A DNA stretch of 64,000 bases from an uncultured Acidimicrobiales bacterium (GCA_937958015.1 CALGOA010000021.1:1669-65668); one strand, 5' to 3'. Positions 40,761-51,428 are shown, numbered from the stretch's first letter. The notes: generated from the sequence alone by a model not told the origin. Program-made: numbers and translations.

Positions 40761-41944
40761 GCGACCGACTTCTCGGTCGCGTCGAGGATCATCTGGACAT
40801 TCTGACCAGCGAGATCAATCACCTCTGGCAAGTGACGTCGGATCTCATCGGACCGACGGGAACGACTCTCGATCAATCTGTCGATCTCCGCGGCGAGCGT
40901 GGCACGATCAACCGAACCTCCGTCGAGTACCGCATTTCGCTGTCCGAACAGATCCATGATGCCGAGCGCTTTGTGGCTATAACCGAGCGCCGAGACCGCG
41001 ACCGCCTGAGACAAGGCTGCCATGTTGGCATGCATGCGTGCACCCACGAACGCATCACATGTTCCGATGGCACCCTTGCGCTGTTCCGGCTCCAGGTCCT
41101 CTTCGAGAAGAATGGCATTCTCACCGATCGCTGTGGCAAGCAGCCGGGCGGGGATTCGATCGTCCTGAGTGGCGGTGGGGCCGGTTACGTGCGGAACGAC
41201 GAGCACCTCGGCTCCTTCGCGCTCGCTGACCTCTCTGAGAACCGCGCCCAAGTCGGCTACGAGATCAGCTCCGCTTGTTGCGTAACGATTCACCAGAATC
41301 GGCGAAATGGAGACACCAAGCCTCATCCGGTCGGTGCGGGCCGGCAATCCCGGGACCGCTTCCGGAGCGGCTGGAGTCATCAGGAATGCAAGGTCAGCCG
41401 TGCGACGGACATCCGAGACCCCAATCTGGGACAGGAGTTCGATCGACGCATCCTCTCGAACGGTGATAAAGGAGGCGCGCCGCAGGAGAAACCTCGCCAA
41501 CCACTTCAGCCGAACAAACGGACCGATCGACTGGGCGCACAACGAGTACGGGGTCTTCACCGAGTACGAGATGAGAAGCGGAACCATATGGCTGAAGCCA
41601 ACGGCGAGCCCAGCATCCTCGGTCAACATGTCACCGCTGAGATCCACGACGAAGTCAGCTTGTTCGGTCTGTCGGAGTTCGTCGGTGCACAGAAGCCAGC
41701 GACCAAACCGCCTCCCCGTCGCCAAATGGAGCGGCAGCACAACGCTGTACAACACGAGATAGGCGGCGCGCCGCCGATTGCTCATGATGACCTTTGTCGG
41801 ATGATGAAACGAGGCGTCGATCTCGGGAAAGGGCGATGCGATGACGACCTCGTGGCCAGCCGCCTCCAGTTGAGAGGCGGCAACGCGCTGCATAGTGGCG
41901 TCCCCGGCGTTCAAGGAATTGTATGTGCCGGTCAGAAGAATCAT
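40757..41944 (-). CDS. Polysaccharide pyruvyl transferase (WcaK/CsaB family)
   Basis: NAGDA, LSGDML, AQSIGPF, ITVREDAS, ADLAF, GARMHANM, YSHK; start trimmed to 41944. Confidence 0.88.
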   Translation of the reverse strand: MILLTGTYNSLNAGDATMQRVAASQLEAAGHEVVIASPFPEIDASFHHPTKVIMSNRRRAAYLVLYSVVLPLHLATGRRFGRWLLCTDELRQTEQADFVVDLSGDMLTEDAGLAVGFSHMVPLLISYSVKTPYSLCAQSIGPFVRLKWLARFLLRRASFITVREDASIELLSQIGVSDVRRTADLAFLMTPAAPEAVPGLPARTDRMRLGVSISPILVNRYATSGADLVADLGAVLREVSEREGAEVLVVPHVTGPTATQDDRIPARLLATAIGENAILLEEDLEPEQRKGAIGTCDAFVGARMHANMAALSQAVAVSALGYSHKALGIMDLFGQRNAVLDGGSVDRATLAAEIDRLIESRSRRSDEIRRHLPEVIDLAGQNVQMILDATEKSVA

Positions 41945-42099
41945 TAAGAGCTCCGCTGGAGGGTGGGAGTGTGGCGAGAAGGGCGCGCAGCCGAACTGTG
42001 GTCGCGCCATGCCGACCGAACAGTACTGGAATGGCAGCGATCACAGGTCGATGTGACTCATCGGCCCTACGGCAACCGGGCCCGCATAAGCTCTGCGCC

Positions 42100-43140
42100 A
42101 TGAGAATCATCGTGACGGGCGGTTTGGGCTTCATCGGCTCGGCGGTGGTGCGTCAGGCAATCGGTGCCGGTCACGAGGTGCTCAACCTCGATCTTCAGAC
42201 CTATGCCGCCGACCCTCGGACCGTCGCACCGGTCGCCGAGGACCCCAAGTACTCCGAACGACACGTCGATATCTGCGATTCTCGGGCGGTGGGCGCCGCG
42301 CTTGAGAGTTTCGTTCCCGACCGGCTCATTCACCTCGCAGCCGAGAGCCATGTCGACCGGAGCATTGACGGCCCCGCCGTGTTCGTCAGAACCAATGTGG
42401 TCGGCACCGCAGTTCTGCTACAGGAGACAACCACATGGCTCCGAGAGGCACCGAACGATCAGTTTCGATTCGTTCACGTAAGCACGGATGAGGTCTTCGG
42501 TTCTCTGGCCAACAGCGATCCACCCTTCGACGAACACTCGTCCTATTCGCCTCGTTCGCCATATTCGGCCAGCAAGGCAGCCTCGGATCATTTCGCCCGG
42601 GCGTGGTTTCACACCTATGACCTGCCCGTCGTGGTAACGAACTGTTCGAACAACTATGGGCCATTCCAGTTCCCCGAGAAGCTGATACCACTGACGATCA
42701 TCAAGGCGCTCCACGGCGAGCGGATCCCGGTCTATGGCGACGGCTCAAACGTGCGGGACTGGATTCACGTGGAGGACCATGCCGCCGGACTGCTGACCGC
42801 CGCGACCAACGGTGAACCCGGCGAAACCTACCTCTTCGGCGGCAACGCCGAGCACACCAATCTCAATGTTGTCGAGACGATCTGCGATCTGGTCGATTCT
42901 CGTGTGGGCACCGGCGCTCGGAGCCGTCGGGAGTTGATCTCTTTCGTCGCCGACCGTCCGGGTCACGACCGCCGGTATGGAATTGACCACACCGGCACCA
43001 CCGAACGACTGGGGTGGAAACCGGGCCACTCGTTTACCGGTGGACTAAAGGCCACGGTCGACTGGTACATCGACCATCCCGAGTATTGGGAATCGATCCT
43101 CGCCGACCGTTATTCAGGCGAACGACTGGGTTCGGCATGA
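42100..43140 (+). CDS. rfbB: dTDP-glucose 4,6-dehydratase
   Basis: [47 protein letters not shown]; start trimmed to 42100. Confidence 0.96.
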   Translation: MRIIVTGGLGFIGSAVVRQAIGAGHEVLNLDLQTYAADPRTVAPVAEDPKYSERHVDICDSRAVGAALESFVPDRLIHLAAESHVDRSIDGPAVFVRTNVVGTAVLLQETTTWLREAPNDQFRFVHVSTDEVFGSLANSDPPFDEHSSYSPRSPYSASKAASDHFARAWFHTYDLPVVVTNCSNNYGPFQFPEKLIPLTIIKALHGERIPVYGDGSNVRDWIHVEDHAAGLLTAATNGEPGETYLFGGNAEHTNLNVVETICDLVDSRVGTGARSRRELISFVADRPGHDRRYGIDHTGTTERLGWKPGHSFTGGLKATVDWYIDHPEYWESILADRYSGERLGSA

Positions 43141-44000
43141 AAGGCATCATCCTGGCCGGAGGCACCGGCACGAGGCTCCACCCTCTGACGCTCGCCGCGT
43201 CAAAACAGTTGCTGCCGGTGTACGACAAACCGATGATCTACTACCCGATCAGCACCCTGATGCTCGCCGGGATCCGGGAGCAGTTGATCATCACGACCCC
43301 CGAGGACGCGCCGGCGTTCCAACGCCTCCTCGGTGACGGCTCGCGATTTGGACTCGAGTTTTCTTACGCCACCCAACCCCGTCCCGAGGGTCTGGCGCAG
43401 TCATTCATCATCGGTGAATCCTTCGTTGCGGGCGGGGCCTGCGCGCTCGCCCTGGGAGACAACTTCTTCTACGGCGGCGGAATGACAGCGCAACTGCTTC
43501 ACGCAGTGACCTCCTCGACCGGCGCCCGGGTCTTTGCCCAACGGGTTCGCGATCCCCATCGTTATGGCATCGTCACGCTCGACGACGCCGGCGCACCGGT
43601 CGAAATCGAGGAGAAGCCATCGAATCCCCGGTCGGATTGGGCGGTCGCGGGCCTGTACTTCTACGACGAACAGATCACCGAGATCGCCAAGCAGGTGCGT
43701 CCCTCACAGCGAGGGGAACTGGAGATCACATCGATACATCAGACCTACCTCGACCAGGGTCAACTTGAGGTGACCCAATTGAGTCGTGGCGTCGCCTGGC
43801 TTGACACCGGCACGTTTGATTCTCTGGTCGAGGCGGGTGAGTTCGTTCGCGTGATCGAGAAGCGCCAGGGCAAGAAGATCGGATGCCTTGAAGAGATCGC
43901 CTGGGAGCAGGGTTGGCTGAATGACGAACAGCTTGAGCAGGCTGCTCAGACGATGCTGCGAAGTGGCTACGGCGAATACTTGTTGCAGCTTCTCGGCTAA
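43137..44000 (+). CDS. rfbA: Glucose-1-phosphate thymidylyltransferase
   Basis: [51 protein letters not shown] overlap with rfbB. Confidence 0.96.
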   Translation: MKGIILAGGTGTRLHPLTLAASKQLLPVYDKPMIYYPISTLMLAGIREQLIITTPEDAPAFQRLLGDGSRFGLEFSYATQPRPEGLAQSFIIGESFVAGGACALALGDNFFYGGGMTAQLLHAVTSSTGARVFAQRVRDPHRYGIVTLDDAGAPVEIEEKPSNPRSDWAVAGLYFYDEQITEIAKQVRPSQRGELEITSIHQTYLDQGQLEVTQLSRGVAWLDTGTFDSLVEAGEFVRVIEKRQGKKIGCLEEIAWEQGWLNDEQLEQAAQTMLRSGYGEYLLQLLG

Positions 44001-44045
44001 CGAGGGGTCAACGTTTGTCCGGACTCGCCCCACTACTGTCGAGGG

Positions 44046-45065
44046 GTGCATCTGGTCGTGTTCTCCATCTGCAAAGACGAGGAGAAAACCATCGCCGGCG
44101 TCTTGGACGCGATTCCACCCATCATCCCCGGGATCGACACGATCCAGACTCTGGTGCTCAGCGATGGTTCGCTGGACCGAACCGCCGAGGTCGCCCGTAA
44201 CGCTGGCGCCACGGTGATCGAAGGACAGACCCAACTACGTCTGGCCGCCAGATTTCAGCAGGCGATCGACATCGCCCTGGCGATGGGTGCCGATATCGCG
44301 GTGAACATCGACGGAGACCTGCAGTTCGACCCAGCCGAGATTCCGAAGCTCGTGGAGCCGATCGTGTCAGGCCGCGCTCAGTTCGTGGCCGGAGACAGAT
44401 TCACCAAACCCGGCGCAACCACCCCCGGGCGCCCGGAGAACATGCCGAAGAGCCGCTACGCCGGAAACGTCGTTGGAGCCGGTGTGGTCAGCCTTCTTAC
44501 CGGCACGCGTTTCCCGGATGTCACGTGCGGGTTTCGGGCTTACTCGCGCGAGGCGATGCTCACGGTCAATATCAACTCCACCTACACCTACACCCAAGAG
44601 TCATTTCAGCGATTTGCCCACGCCGGGCTCGCGATCGAAATGGTTCCCATCGCCGTGACCTACTACCCGGGTCGACGATCACGGGTCGTCGAAGGCTTCG
44701 TGTCGTTCGTCTCCAACAGTGCGGTCAATCTGCTTCGTTCCTATCGCGACATGGCCCCGCTTCGGTTCTTCGCGGTGTTGGCCCTCCTGCCCCTGCTGGG
44801 CGGACTGGGAGGTCTCGGTTTCGTGCTCACCCACTGGCTGCGCACATCACAGACCTCTCCCTACACCTCGATCGGCTTGCTGGGTGGTTACTTCTTCTCC
44901 CTCGGTGTGATCCTGATAGTGGTCGGACTGGTGGCTGACATGATGGTCCGCTCATCTCGCAATCAGGAGAAGATCCTGCGCCTTCTCAAGGAGGAGCGCT
45001 ACCAGCTCTCCTCGAATGAGCGCTACGGGCTCGCCGAACCCACATGGACCAAACGAGCCAGTTGA
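44046..45065 (+). CDS. GT2 polyprenyl-phosphate glycosyltransferase (paralogue of 32344-33354)
   Basis: SDGSLD, NIDGDLQF, CGFRAYSRE, YTYTQES and two C-terminal TM helices. Confidence 0.88.
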   Translation: MHLVVFSICKDEEKTIAGVLDAIPPIIPGIDTIQTLVLSDGSLDRTAEVARNAGATVIEGQTQLRLAARFQQAIDIALAMGADIAVNIDGDLQFDPAEIPKLVEPIVSGRAQFVAGDRFTKPGATTPGRPENMPKSRYAGNVVGAGVVSLLTGTRFPDVTCGFRAYSREAMLTVNINSTYTYTQESFQRFAHAGLAIEMVPIAVTYYPGRRSRVVEGFVSFVSNSAVNLLRSYRDMAPLRFFAVLALLPLLGGLGGLGFVLTHWLRTSQTSPYTSIGLLGGYFFSLGVILIVVGLVADMMVRSSRNQEKILRLLKEERYQLSSNERYGLAEPTWTKRAS

Positions 45066-46174
45066 CCGACCCGACGAGCAAACCACAGATAAAGATCCTG
45101 TACCTGCTGTCCTACCGCGATCCGATGTACATCCGAACCAGGGCGCTCACCGCTGCGCTCGCCTGTTCCGAAGGACTCGACGTCACTGAGATCATCAACA
45201 GCCGTCGTGGCCCCATTCGCTATCTGCAATTGCTTCGTGCGGTCCTTCGAAGTCCACGGAAACGCTACGACGTTGTCATCCTTGGCTTCCGGGCGATCGA
45301 AGTCGTGCCCGCGGCGCGACTTCTCTTCCGACGCACTCCCCTGCTCCTGGACGCCCTGGTGTCGCCCAGCGACGCACTCGACTCCGAAGGCAAAGGTGGA
45401 CGCATCGGTGAACTGGCAGGGCGAGTGCTCACCCCTATCGAACGCCGAATGCTCACGATGGTCGAGGGGATCATTGTCGACACCCATGCCCAGAAATCAT
45501 TCTACGAGTCATGGGCGTCACTGCCGGAGGAACGGGTACATGTGGTGCCGGTTGGCACCGACTCCCCCGAAACGGGGACGCCCGATAGGAATGCCACCGG
45601 CAAGCTCCGGCTGCTGTTCTTTGGGACCTTTCTCCCGCTGCATGGTGTTGATCGGATCATCGAAGCCGTGGGAAGTCTGCCCGCGGGCGCCGTCGACCTC
45701 CGGCTGATCGGCGGCACCACCGACGTCGTGCAGCGGCTCGCCAGAGAACATCAGCTGGCGCCCGAGGATCTTGACCACTCCGAATGGGTGCCGCTGCAAT
45801 CCATAATCGAACGTGAGATTCCGGCGGCGGATCTGTGCCTCGGAGGCCCCTTCGGCAACACCCCCCAGGGGCGTCGGGTGATCACGGGTAAGACGTTCGA
45901 GGCCCTGTCGGCGGCGCGACCGGTCGTGATCGGTGGAATCGGCGAGCTCGACCGGTGGGGGTTCGAAGACCGCCGAAACTGCCTCGTCGTCGATCAGGGC
46001 CAGAACCAGCAACTCGCCGAAGTTCTCCAGTGGGCCATCAACAACCGGTCCGCGCTGGGTTCGATCGGTGATGAGGGTCGAGATCTCTTCACCCGAACGT
46101 TCAGCCCGTCGGCAAACGCCGAACGGTTGGAGGAGATTCTTGGGGGCGTCGTGGCATCGGCCTGCTCATCATGA
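45044..46174 (+). CDS. GT4 glycosyltransferase
   Basis: FFGTFLPLHGV, CLGGPFG, RVITGKTFEAL. Confidence 0.85.
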   Translation: MDQTSQLTDPTSKPQIKILYLLSYRDPMYIRTRALTAALACSEGLDVTEIINSRRGPIRYLQLLRAVLRSPRKRYDVVILGFRAIEVVPAARLLFRRTPLLLDALVSPSDALDSEGKGGRIGELAGRVLTPIERRMLTMVEGIIVDTHAQKSFYESWASLPEERVHVVPVGTDSPETGTPDRNATGKLRLLFFGTFLPLHGVDRIIEAVGSLPAGAVDLRLIGGTTDVVQRLAREHQLAPEDLDHSEWVPLQSIIEREIPAADLCLGGPFGNTPQGRRVITGKTFEALSAARPVVIGGIGELDRWGFEDRRNCLVVDQGQNQQLAEVLQWAINNRSALGSIGDEGRDLFTRTFSPSANAERLEEILGGVVASACSS

Positions 46175-46917
46175 GATACCTGCCGCCCCGATATCTGTTT
46201 CGACGGGCGGAGATCCTTCGTTCGATCGTGCCGGGCGACCGCTTTCTGGAGGTCGGGGCCGGCGACCTCACACTCACCACCGAACTACTCGACCATTTCG
46301 GCTCCGGGATCGCGCTTGAACCCAGTGAGAATCCGGAGCGTTTCCTGCTGACTCTGGATCAGGATGTCCAAGCTCGACTGGAAGTCCAGTCGAGCGAACT
46401 CGATGCGTTTGAGCCGCCCGGAACATTCGATTGTGTGGTCAGTTGTGAGGTGATGGAGCACGTCGAGGACGACGCAGGATTTGCTCGCAGCCTCGTGCAA
46501 AACCTCCGACCGGGGGGACAACTGATCGTGTCGGTGCCCGCCCATATGCGGTTCTGGACCGTGCACGATCAACTGGTGGGACACCTTCGCCGGTATGACC
46601 GGGCCCAACTGGTCACATTGTTCTCCAACGCCGGGTGCACCGACATCGACGTTCGGTCCTATGGGTATCCGTGGATCAACCTGCTTCGTCTGCCCCGGCT
46701 CATCCTCGCCAAGCTCCAACAGGACGAACGGTCAGAGATGACCACTGCGGAACAGACCGCGTCCAGCAATCATCGACAGATTCCTGCAGGCCTGGCGTCG
46801 TCGCCCGTGCGGTTCCTCACCCGACCGGCGCTCGTTGCGCCCTTGGCCTTCATCTCCCGTGCCTTTAACAGACTCGACCGATCCGACGGTTTTGTAGTTG
46901 TCGCGAAACGCCGGTGA
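46171..46917 (+). CDS. Class I SAM-dependent methyltransferase
   Basis: LEVGAGDL, EVMEHVEDD, LRPGG, SVPAH, GHLRRY. Confidence 0.87.
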   Translation: MRYLPPRYLFRRAEILRSIVPGDRFLEVGAGDLTLTTELLDHFGSGIALEPSENPERFLLTLDQDVQARLEVQSSELDAFEPPGTFDCVVSCEVMEHVEDDAGFARSLVQNLRPGGQLIVSVPAHMRFWTVHDQLVGHLRRYDRAQLVTLFSNAGCTDIDVRSYGYPWINLLRLPRLILAKLQQDERSEMTTAEQTASSNHRQIPAGLASSPVRFLTRPALVAPLAFISRAFNRLDRSDGFVVVAKRR

Positions 46918-46918
46918 C

Positions 46919-48172
46919 CTACGCAGATGCCTCGGCGGGACGGACCGGGTCGATCGCACCAGGTTCCAGTTGTTGGTGAGAGATCGACGTCTTTAGTCGT
47001 ACCCGTCCACTGCTGGTTCCTCCCGAAGTTACCGAGAAACTCGTGGGCGCCTCAGCGCGGTCGTATTCGAATGTCTCCTGCACATCCTGCAGGGCGGCTG
47101 TGACCTCGAAGCTGCCTTGAAGCAGGGGTAGATCGTCCACCACGATCTCGACCTCGCTCACGCCAGGTTCGATATCGAGCAGGTCATGGCCGAGGATGTC
47201 GGCGCTCGAGAAGTTCGACACCATGATCCCGTCGTGGCTGTACAACCAGATGGCCAGCCGTATGGCCGGAATCGATTCGGTTGAGGTGAACCGAACCCGA
47301 ATCCTGATCGTCTGCCCAGGATGGTGCGACTCACCTCCGTCGGCCGGCGGATCGACGGAAACACCTACGAGCGAGACCGTATCCCGCTGGTTCTTGTTGA
47401 GTTCGGTCGGGGTCCCGTCTCCATGGCGAATTCCGGTTCGGGCTTCAAGCGCATCGCGGTACACCACCACACCATCGTGCGGTTCGCCGCAGTAGATCAT
47501 CTTGCCGCTATCGAGTACGACCGCCTTGTCACAGAACAGGCGCACCATGTCGGGACTGTGGGTCACGAGCACGATGGTTCGACCATCGCGCTGGAACCCT
47601 CTGACCCGTTCGAGGCATTTTCGCTGAAAGGCCTCGTCTCCGACCGCCAGAACCTCATCGATGAGGAGCACGTCGGGTTTGAGGTTCACGGCCACCGCGA
47701 AACCGAGCCGGGCGAACATGCCGGAGCTGTAGTTCTTGACCTGGGTGTCGATGAAGTTCGGAATCTCGGAGAAATCGATGATGTCGTCGATCATCTCGGT
47801 GATCTGTTCCTTGGAGAACCCCAGGATCGAGCCGTTCAAGTAGACGTTCTCCCGACCGGTCAGGTCGGGGTGAAAACCAGCACCCAGTTCGAGCAGCGCA
47901 CTCATCGACCCGCGAACCCGAACCGCTCCCTCGGAGGGGCGGATCGTGCCCGAGATGCATTTGAGCATCGTTGACTTGCCGCTGCCGTTGTGACCGAGAA
48001 TCCCGACCGTCTGGCCTGCGGCCACATCGAACGCGACATCGTCGAGAGCGTTAAATTCGACGCTGGAACCACGACCGACCGAAAGGAACCGTTCCATGAA
48101 CGATCCGGGTCCCCCGGTCTGGCGTTTGAACCGTTTGGTGACGTGATCGACCTCGATGGCGGTGTAACTCAT
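46919..48172 (-). CDS. wzt: Polysaccharide ABC transporter ATPase with C-terminal carbohydrate-binding (Wzt_C) domain
   Basis: GHNGSGKST, LGAGFHPDLTGRENV, YSSGMFARL, DEVLAVGDEAFQRKC and an Ig-like tail; start trimmed to ATG 48172. Confidence 0.92.
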   Translation of the reverse strand: MSYTAIEVDHVTKRFKRQTGGPGSFMERFLSVGRGSSVEFNALDDVAFDVAAGQTVGILGHNGSGKSTMLKCISGTIRPSEGAVRVRGSMSALLELGAGFHPDLTGRENVYLNGSILGFSKEQITEMIDDIIDFSEIPNFIDTQVKNYSSGMFARLGFAVAVNLKPDVLLIDEVLAVGDEAFQRKCLERVRGFQRDGRTIVLVTHSPDMVRLFCDKAVVLDSGKMIYCGEPHDGVVVYRDALEARTGIRHGDGTPTELNKNQRDTVSLVGVSVDPPADGGESHHPGQTIRIRVRFTSTESIPAIRLAIWLYSHDGIMVSNFSSADILGHDLLDIEPGVSEVEIVVDDLPLLQGSFEVTAALQDVQETFEYDRAEAPTSFSVTSGGTSSGRVRLKTSISHQQLEPGAIDPVRPAEASA

Positions 48173-49089
48173 CAGATGGCCTCGCCGAAATCGCCTTCGA
48201 GCCGGGCGAAGGTACGAATGCCAAGAAGCAACACCACGAAAGAGAACACGAACGAAATGGCCAGAAGTCCGACGAAGAAGCCCATTCCCTGGTCGAGCAT
48301 CAGGGGAAAGTGCAGCGCCTGGTCGGCTTCGCTCAGGTTCTCGGGGTTGTACAGCACCCGTTGGAAGGCCACCATCGGGCCGATCATTGGATTGAGCCCT
48401 GCGACCAATGAGCTGAGCCCCATGCTCTCGAGTTCGCGGCCGACGAAATCGAAGGTGTAGACGATCGGCGAAAACCAGAACCAGGCGAGCAGCCCCAGTT
48501 CGAGGAAATGCATCGTGTCGCGGTAGTAGACGTTGTAGGCGCCCAATAGAAGGCCCAGTCCGGTGGCGAGCATCATTGTGATGAGTAGTGCCGGGACCAG
48601 TAACCACAACATCGAGAACTTTGGAACGTGCCCGAACGCGGCCAGACCAGCGAGCAGGACGATCATCTGGAAACAGAAACTGATAAACGAGGCGCCCACG
48701 GCAGCCAGCGGCAGGATCTCGCGGGGAAACCACACCTTCTGGACCAGCGGGCCGTTGCTGACGATCGATGAGGCTGCACTGGACAGACCCACTGAGAACA
48801 GATTCCAGACAAGAAGACCCGAAAGTAGAAGAAGGCCATAACGGGGCGCAGCACCCTTGAGGATCACGCCGAACACCACGCTGAACACGGCGAGATACAG
48901 CAACGGGTTCAGGAGCGTCCAAAGGAACCCGAGCACGCTGTCTTTGTATCGAACCTTCAGTTCGCGCCGGACGAGGTTGCCGAGCAACTCGCGGAACTCC
49001 CAAACGTCTTTGATTCGGGTGGGGATGGATCGAGGAACGCTGCCGTGCTCGACCAGCGGAGGAATCTCGCTCCCCGTAACAGCTGCCAT
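48172..49089 (-). CDS. wzm: Polysaccharide ABC transporter permease
   Basis: RELKVRYKDSVLGFLWTLLNPL, KVWFPRE, YYRD, SPIVY, LNPM; start trimmed to 49089. Confidence 0.92.
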   Translation of the reverse strand: MAAVTGSEIPPLVEHGSVPRSIPTRIKDVWEFRELLGNLVRRELKVRYKDSVLGFLWTLLNPLLYLAVFSVVFGVILKGAAPRYGLLLLSGLLVWNLFSVGLSSAASSIVSNGPLVQKVWFPREILPLAAVGASFISFCFQMIVLLAGLAAFGHVPKFSMLWLLVPALLITMMLATGLGLLLGAYNVYYRDTMHFLELGLLAWFWFSPIVYTFDFVGRELESMGLSSLVAGLNPMIGPMVAFQRVLYNPENLSEADQALHFPLMLDQGMGFFVGLLAISFVFSFVVLLLGIRTFARLEGDFGEAI

Positions 49090-49218
49090 TCCCACCAGCC
49101 TAGTGCCGAGCCGTACGGTGTTTGGCGAGGGTCGACTTCGACGTTGGGCCGTCCCTGCAGCTGCGATGTGCGCAACCATCAGCGGTTCCCCGACGTCGGG
49201 AAACTATCGTTCGCCCGC

Positions 49219-50937
49219 ATGCTGGATCAGCGTTCTCGGCGGGACCAGCCGATCCACACACCGTCTCCACAGGAACGATCCGGAGATTGGTCGGCCCGAT
49301 CCGCCTTCGCAGTCCTGACCGCCGGCAGCGCCGTCCTGATCGCACTTCGATTGTGGATCATTTCGTCGGTGGCCTCGCCATTCCTGTTCGCCGATGAAAC
49401 CGTAGGTTTCGGCGTCGCTCGGTTTCTCGCGGGGTTCGGAAACGAGATCGCCGGCCCGAGCGGACGCCCCCTGCTCGGACTACTCCTCAGTCCGCTCGCC
49501 GTCGCCACCGACGACCCTGCGGTCCTGCATCGGGGCGCGCTCGTTCTGAACGTTGCGCTCGGCACCTCGCTGGTGCCTTCTCTGTATCTAGCGGGCCGAC
49601 GAATGCTGAAGTATCGACGCTCAGACAGCGCAACCATTGCACTGGCAGGGTCGGGCACGGCGGCCGCGATGAGCTACACCGTCATCGCCTTTCCCGAACT
49701 CCTCCTCACCGCGATCACCACGATTGCGGTTCCGGTCGTGTGGTCACGATTCGAACGACCAGACCCGCGAACCCTCATCCCGCTCGCCGCACTCTTTGCC
49801 GCATTGTTCTCCGGGGCCCATCCGCGGGGAGATGCGCTGTCGCTCGCCCTTGTCCTCACGCTCGTTCTGGCCGTCGCTCGCCGCCAGCTCGGTCCGGCCG
49901 AGGGGTTGGGCGCCGCAGCTGCGGCGATTGGCGCCAGCGCGGTCGTCGTCCTTACCTCGGCTGCGCTGAATAGTCGCCTGTACGTGGGGTCGACCAATGC
50001 CAGCTACTCGATCACCGAGATCGTGACCGACTCGATCGCCGAACCCTCACTTCTCGTACGGGCCGGCATCGGCAGCGTCTGGTACAGCGTGATCGCAACG
50101 TTCGGCCTCGCCGTGTTGGGCATCATCGCAATCTGCCGGGACATTCCCCGAAGCGACTCCCGGGGCACCGCAGCACAGTTCGTCGCCCTCCTCGTCCTCG
50201 GGTCGTTCGCCGCTTCCAGCCTTTTCGTTTCGCTGATCATGAGCGGTCAGGGCCGGGTCGACTCTTTCGCGTATGGCCGGTACGTGGAACACCTCTTTCC
50301 AGTCTTGCTGTTGTACGCGCCGGCCGTTTGGTCGCTGCGCTGGGCTCGGAACGCTGCGATGATCGGCGGCGGAGCAATCCTCGCGGCCGGAGCCGTGATC
50401 TCACGGCTGGCCTACGAGTCGGATTTCTGGACCGGCCCCACTCTGAAGACCAACATCCCGATGATCTGGTACCTGTGGGAAGGCGCCGACCCTATTCAAC
50501 CGTGGGTGGCGTCCGTCGTCGGGATCGGATTGGTCGGCATCATGATGGCCGCCCTGGCCCGTGAGCGATTCCGTGCGGTGGCTATCGCAGCTTTGACCCT
50601 CGCCGGAGTGGGCACCGCGGTCGCACTCGTTCGCCAGAACATCGCGCCGTACTCCAGCTACGTCGCCGAGTGGCGGCCCGCCGCCGACGCGCTTATCGCC
50701 GAAGAGGCCACCGACGTTGCGGTGGTGACCGAGGCGTACCCGGGATTGTGGCGTCATCTGATCCAGTTCTGGGCCGACGACGTGGACTTCGATCACTATG
50801 TCACGATCGAAGACATCGGCCCCGACGCACGATGGTTACTGGCCCTGGAGGGTCAGCCGCTCCCGGTCGGGCGTTCCGGACAGATCGTCCACAACTTTCC
50901 CGACCAGGACACGGTGATTTGGCGGCTGGACCCCTAG
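49219..50937 (+). CDS. Polytopic membrane protein, probable GT-C fold glycosyltransferase
   Basis: FADE acidic motif after TM1, FPE, HPRG, YGRYVE, many TM helices; start trimmed to 49219. Confidence 0.6.
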   Translation: MLDQRSRRDQPIHTPSPQERSGDWSARSAFAVLTAGSAVLIALRLWIISSVASPFLFADETVGFGVARFLAGFGNEIAGPSGRPLLGLLLSPLAVATDDPAVLHRGALVLNVALGTSLVPSLYLAGRRMLKYRRSDSATIALAGSGTAAAMSYTVIAFPELLLTAITTIAVPVVWSRFERPDPRTLIPLAALFAALFSGAHPRGDALSLALVLTLVLAVARRQLGPAEGLGAAAAAIGASAVVVLTSAALNSRLYVGSTNASYSITEIVTDSIAEPSLLVRAGIGSVWYSVIATFGLAVLGIIAICRDIPRSDSRGTAAQFVALLVLGSFAASSLFVSLIMSGQGRVDSFAYGRYVEHLFPVLLLYAPAVWSLRWARNAAMIGGGAILAAGAVISRLAYESDFWTGPTLKTNIPMIWYLWEGADPIQPWVASVVGIGLVGIMMAALARERFRAVAIAALTLAGVGTAVALVRQNIAPYSSYVAEWRPAADALIAEEATDVAVVTEAYPGLWRHLIQFWADDVDFDHYVTIEDIGPDARWLLALEGQPLPVGRSGQIVHNFPDQDTVIWRLDP

Positions 50938-51428
50938 GTTCCGAGCCAGGCTGCCCACTGCGGGTGGGCTTTGGTCGCCAACACAACCGAGAACGTCGGA
51001 GCTCGCGGTGTGGTCTTCAGCCGTAGTCCGGCCCCGGCGAGAGAACGGGACCCCTTCCGCTGGTTGTGCAACTTGCACATGAGCACGGTGTTCTCCCAGG
51101 TGGTCTCGCCGCCACGGCAGCGAGGGATCACGTGATCGATGGTGGTGCCCGCCGAGTTACACCCAGCGACCTGGCAGCAGTTGTCGTCGCGGGCCCGAAG
51201 AGCGGCCCGGGTCCACGGCGCCTTGCCTCCACGACGGAAGGCCTTCACCATGTTGAACAACCGAACGACCACGGGAAACGGGTACTCGTCGCCGCCGCAG
51301 GTGCGGATCGTGCGCTCGTCGGACTTCTCCAACAATTCGACTTCACCTTCGAGCACCATGACGATCGCTCGCCGCCAGCTGATGACGGTAAGCGGCTCGT
51401 AGCTTGCGTTGAGAAGAAGTACTGACAT
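50934..51428 (-). CDS. HNH endonuclease (McrA/Rv2469c-like)
   Basis: LLLNASYEPL, RDDNCCQVAGC, TIDHVIPRCRGG, WENTVLMCKLHNQRKG. Confidence 0.88.
   Translation of the reverse strand: MSVLLLNASYEPLTVISWRRAIVMVLEGEVELLEKSDERTIRTCGGDEYPFPVVVRLFNMVKAFRRGGKAPWTRAALRARDDNCCQVAGCNSAGTTIDHVIPRCRGGETTWENTVLMCKLHNQRKGSRSLAGAGLRLKTTPRAPTFSVVLATKAHPQWAAWLGT

Noticed and set aside
48173..49003. 277-aa N-terminal extension of Wzt in the ORF track
   Set aside because: It overlaps wzm in another frame and is Arg/Pro-rich shadow sequence; Wzt homology starts at ATG 48172
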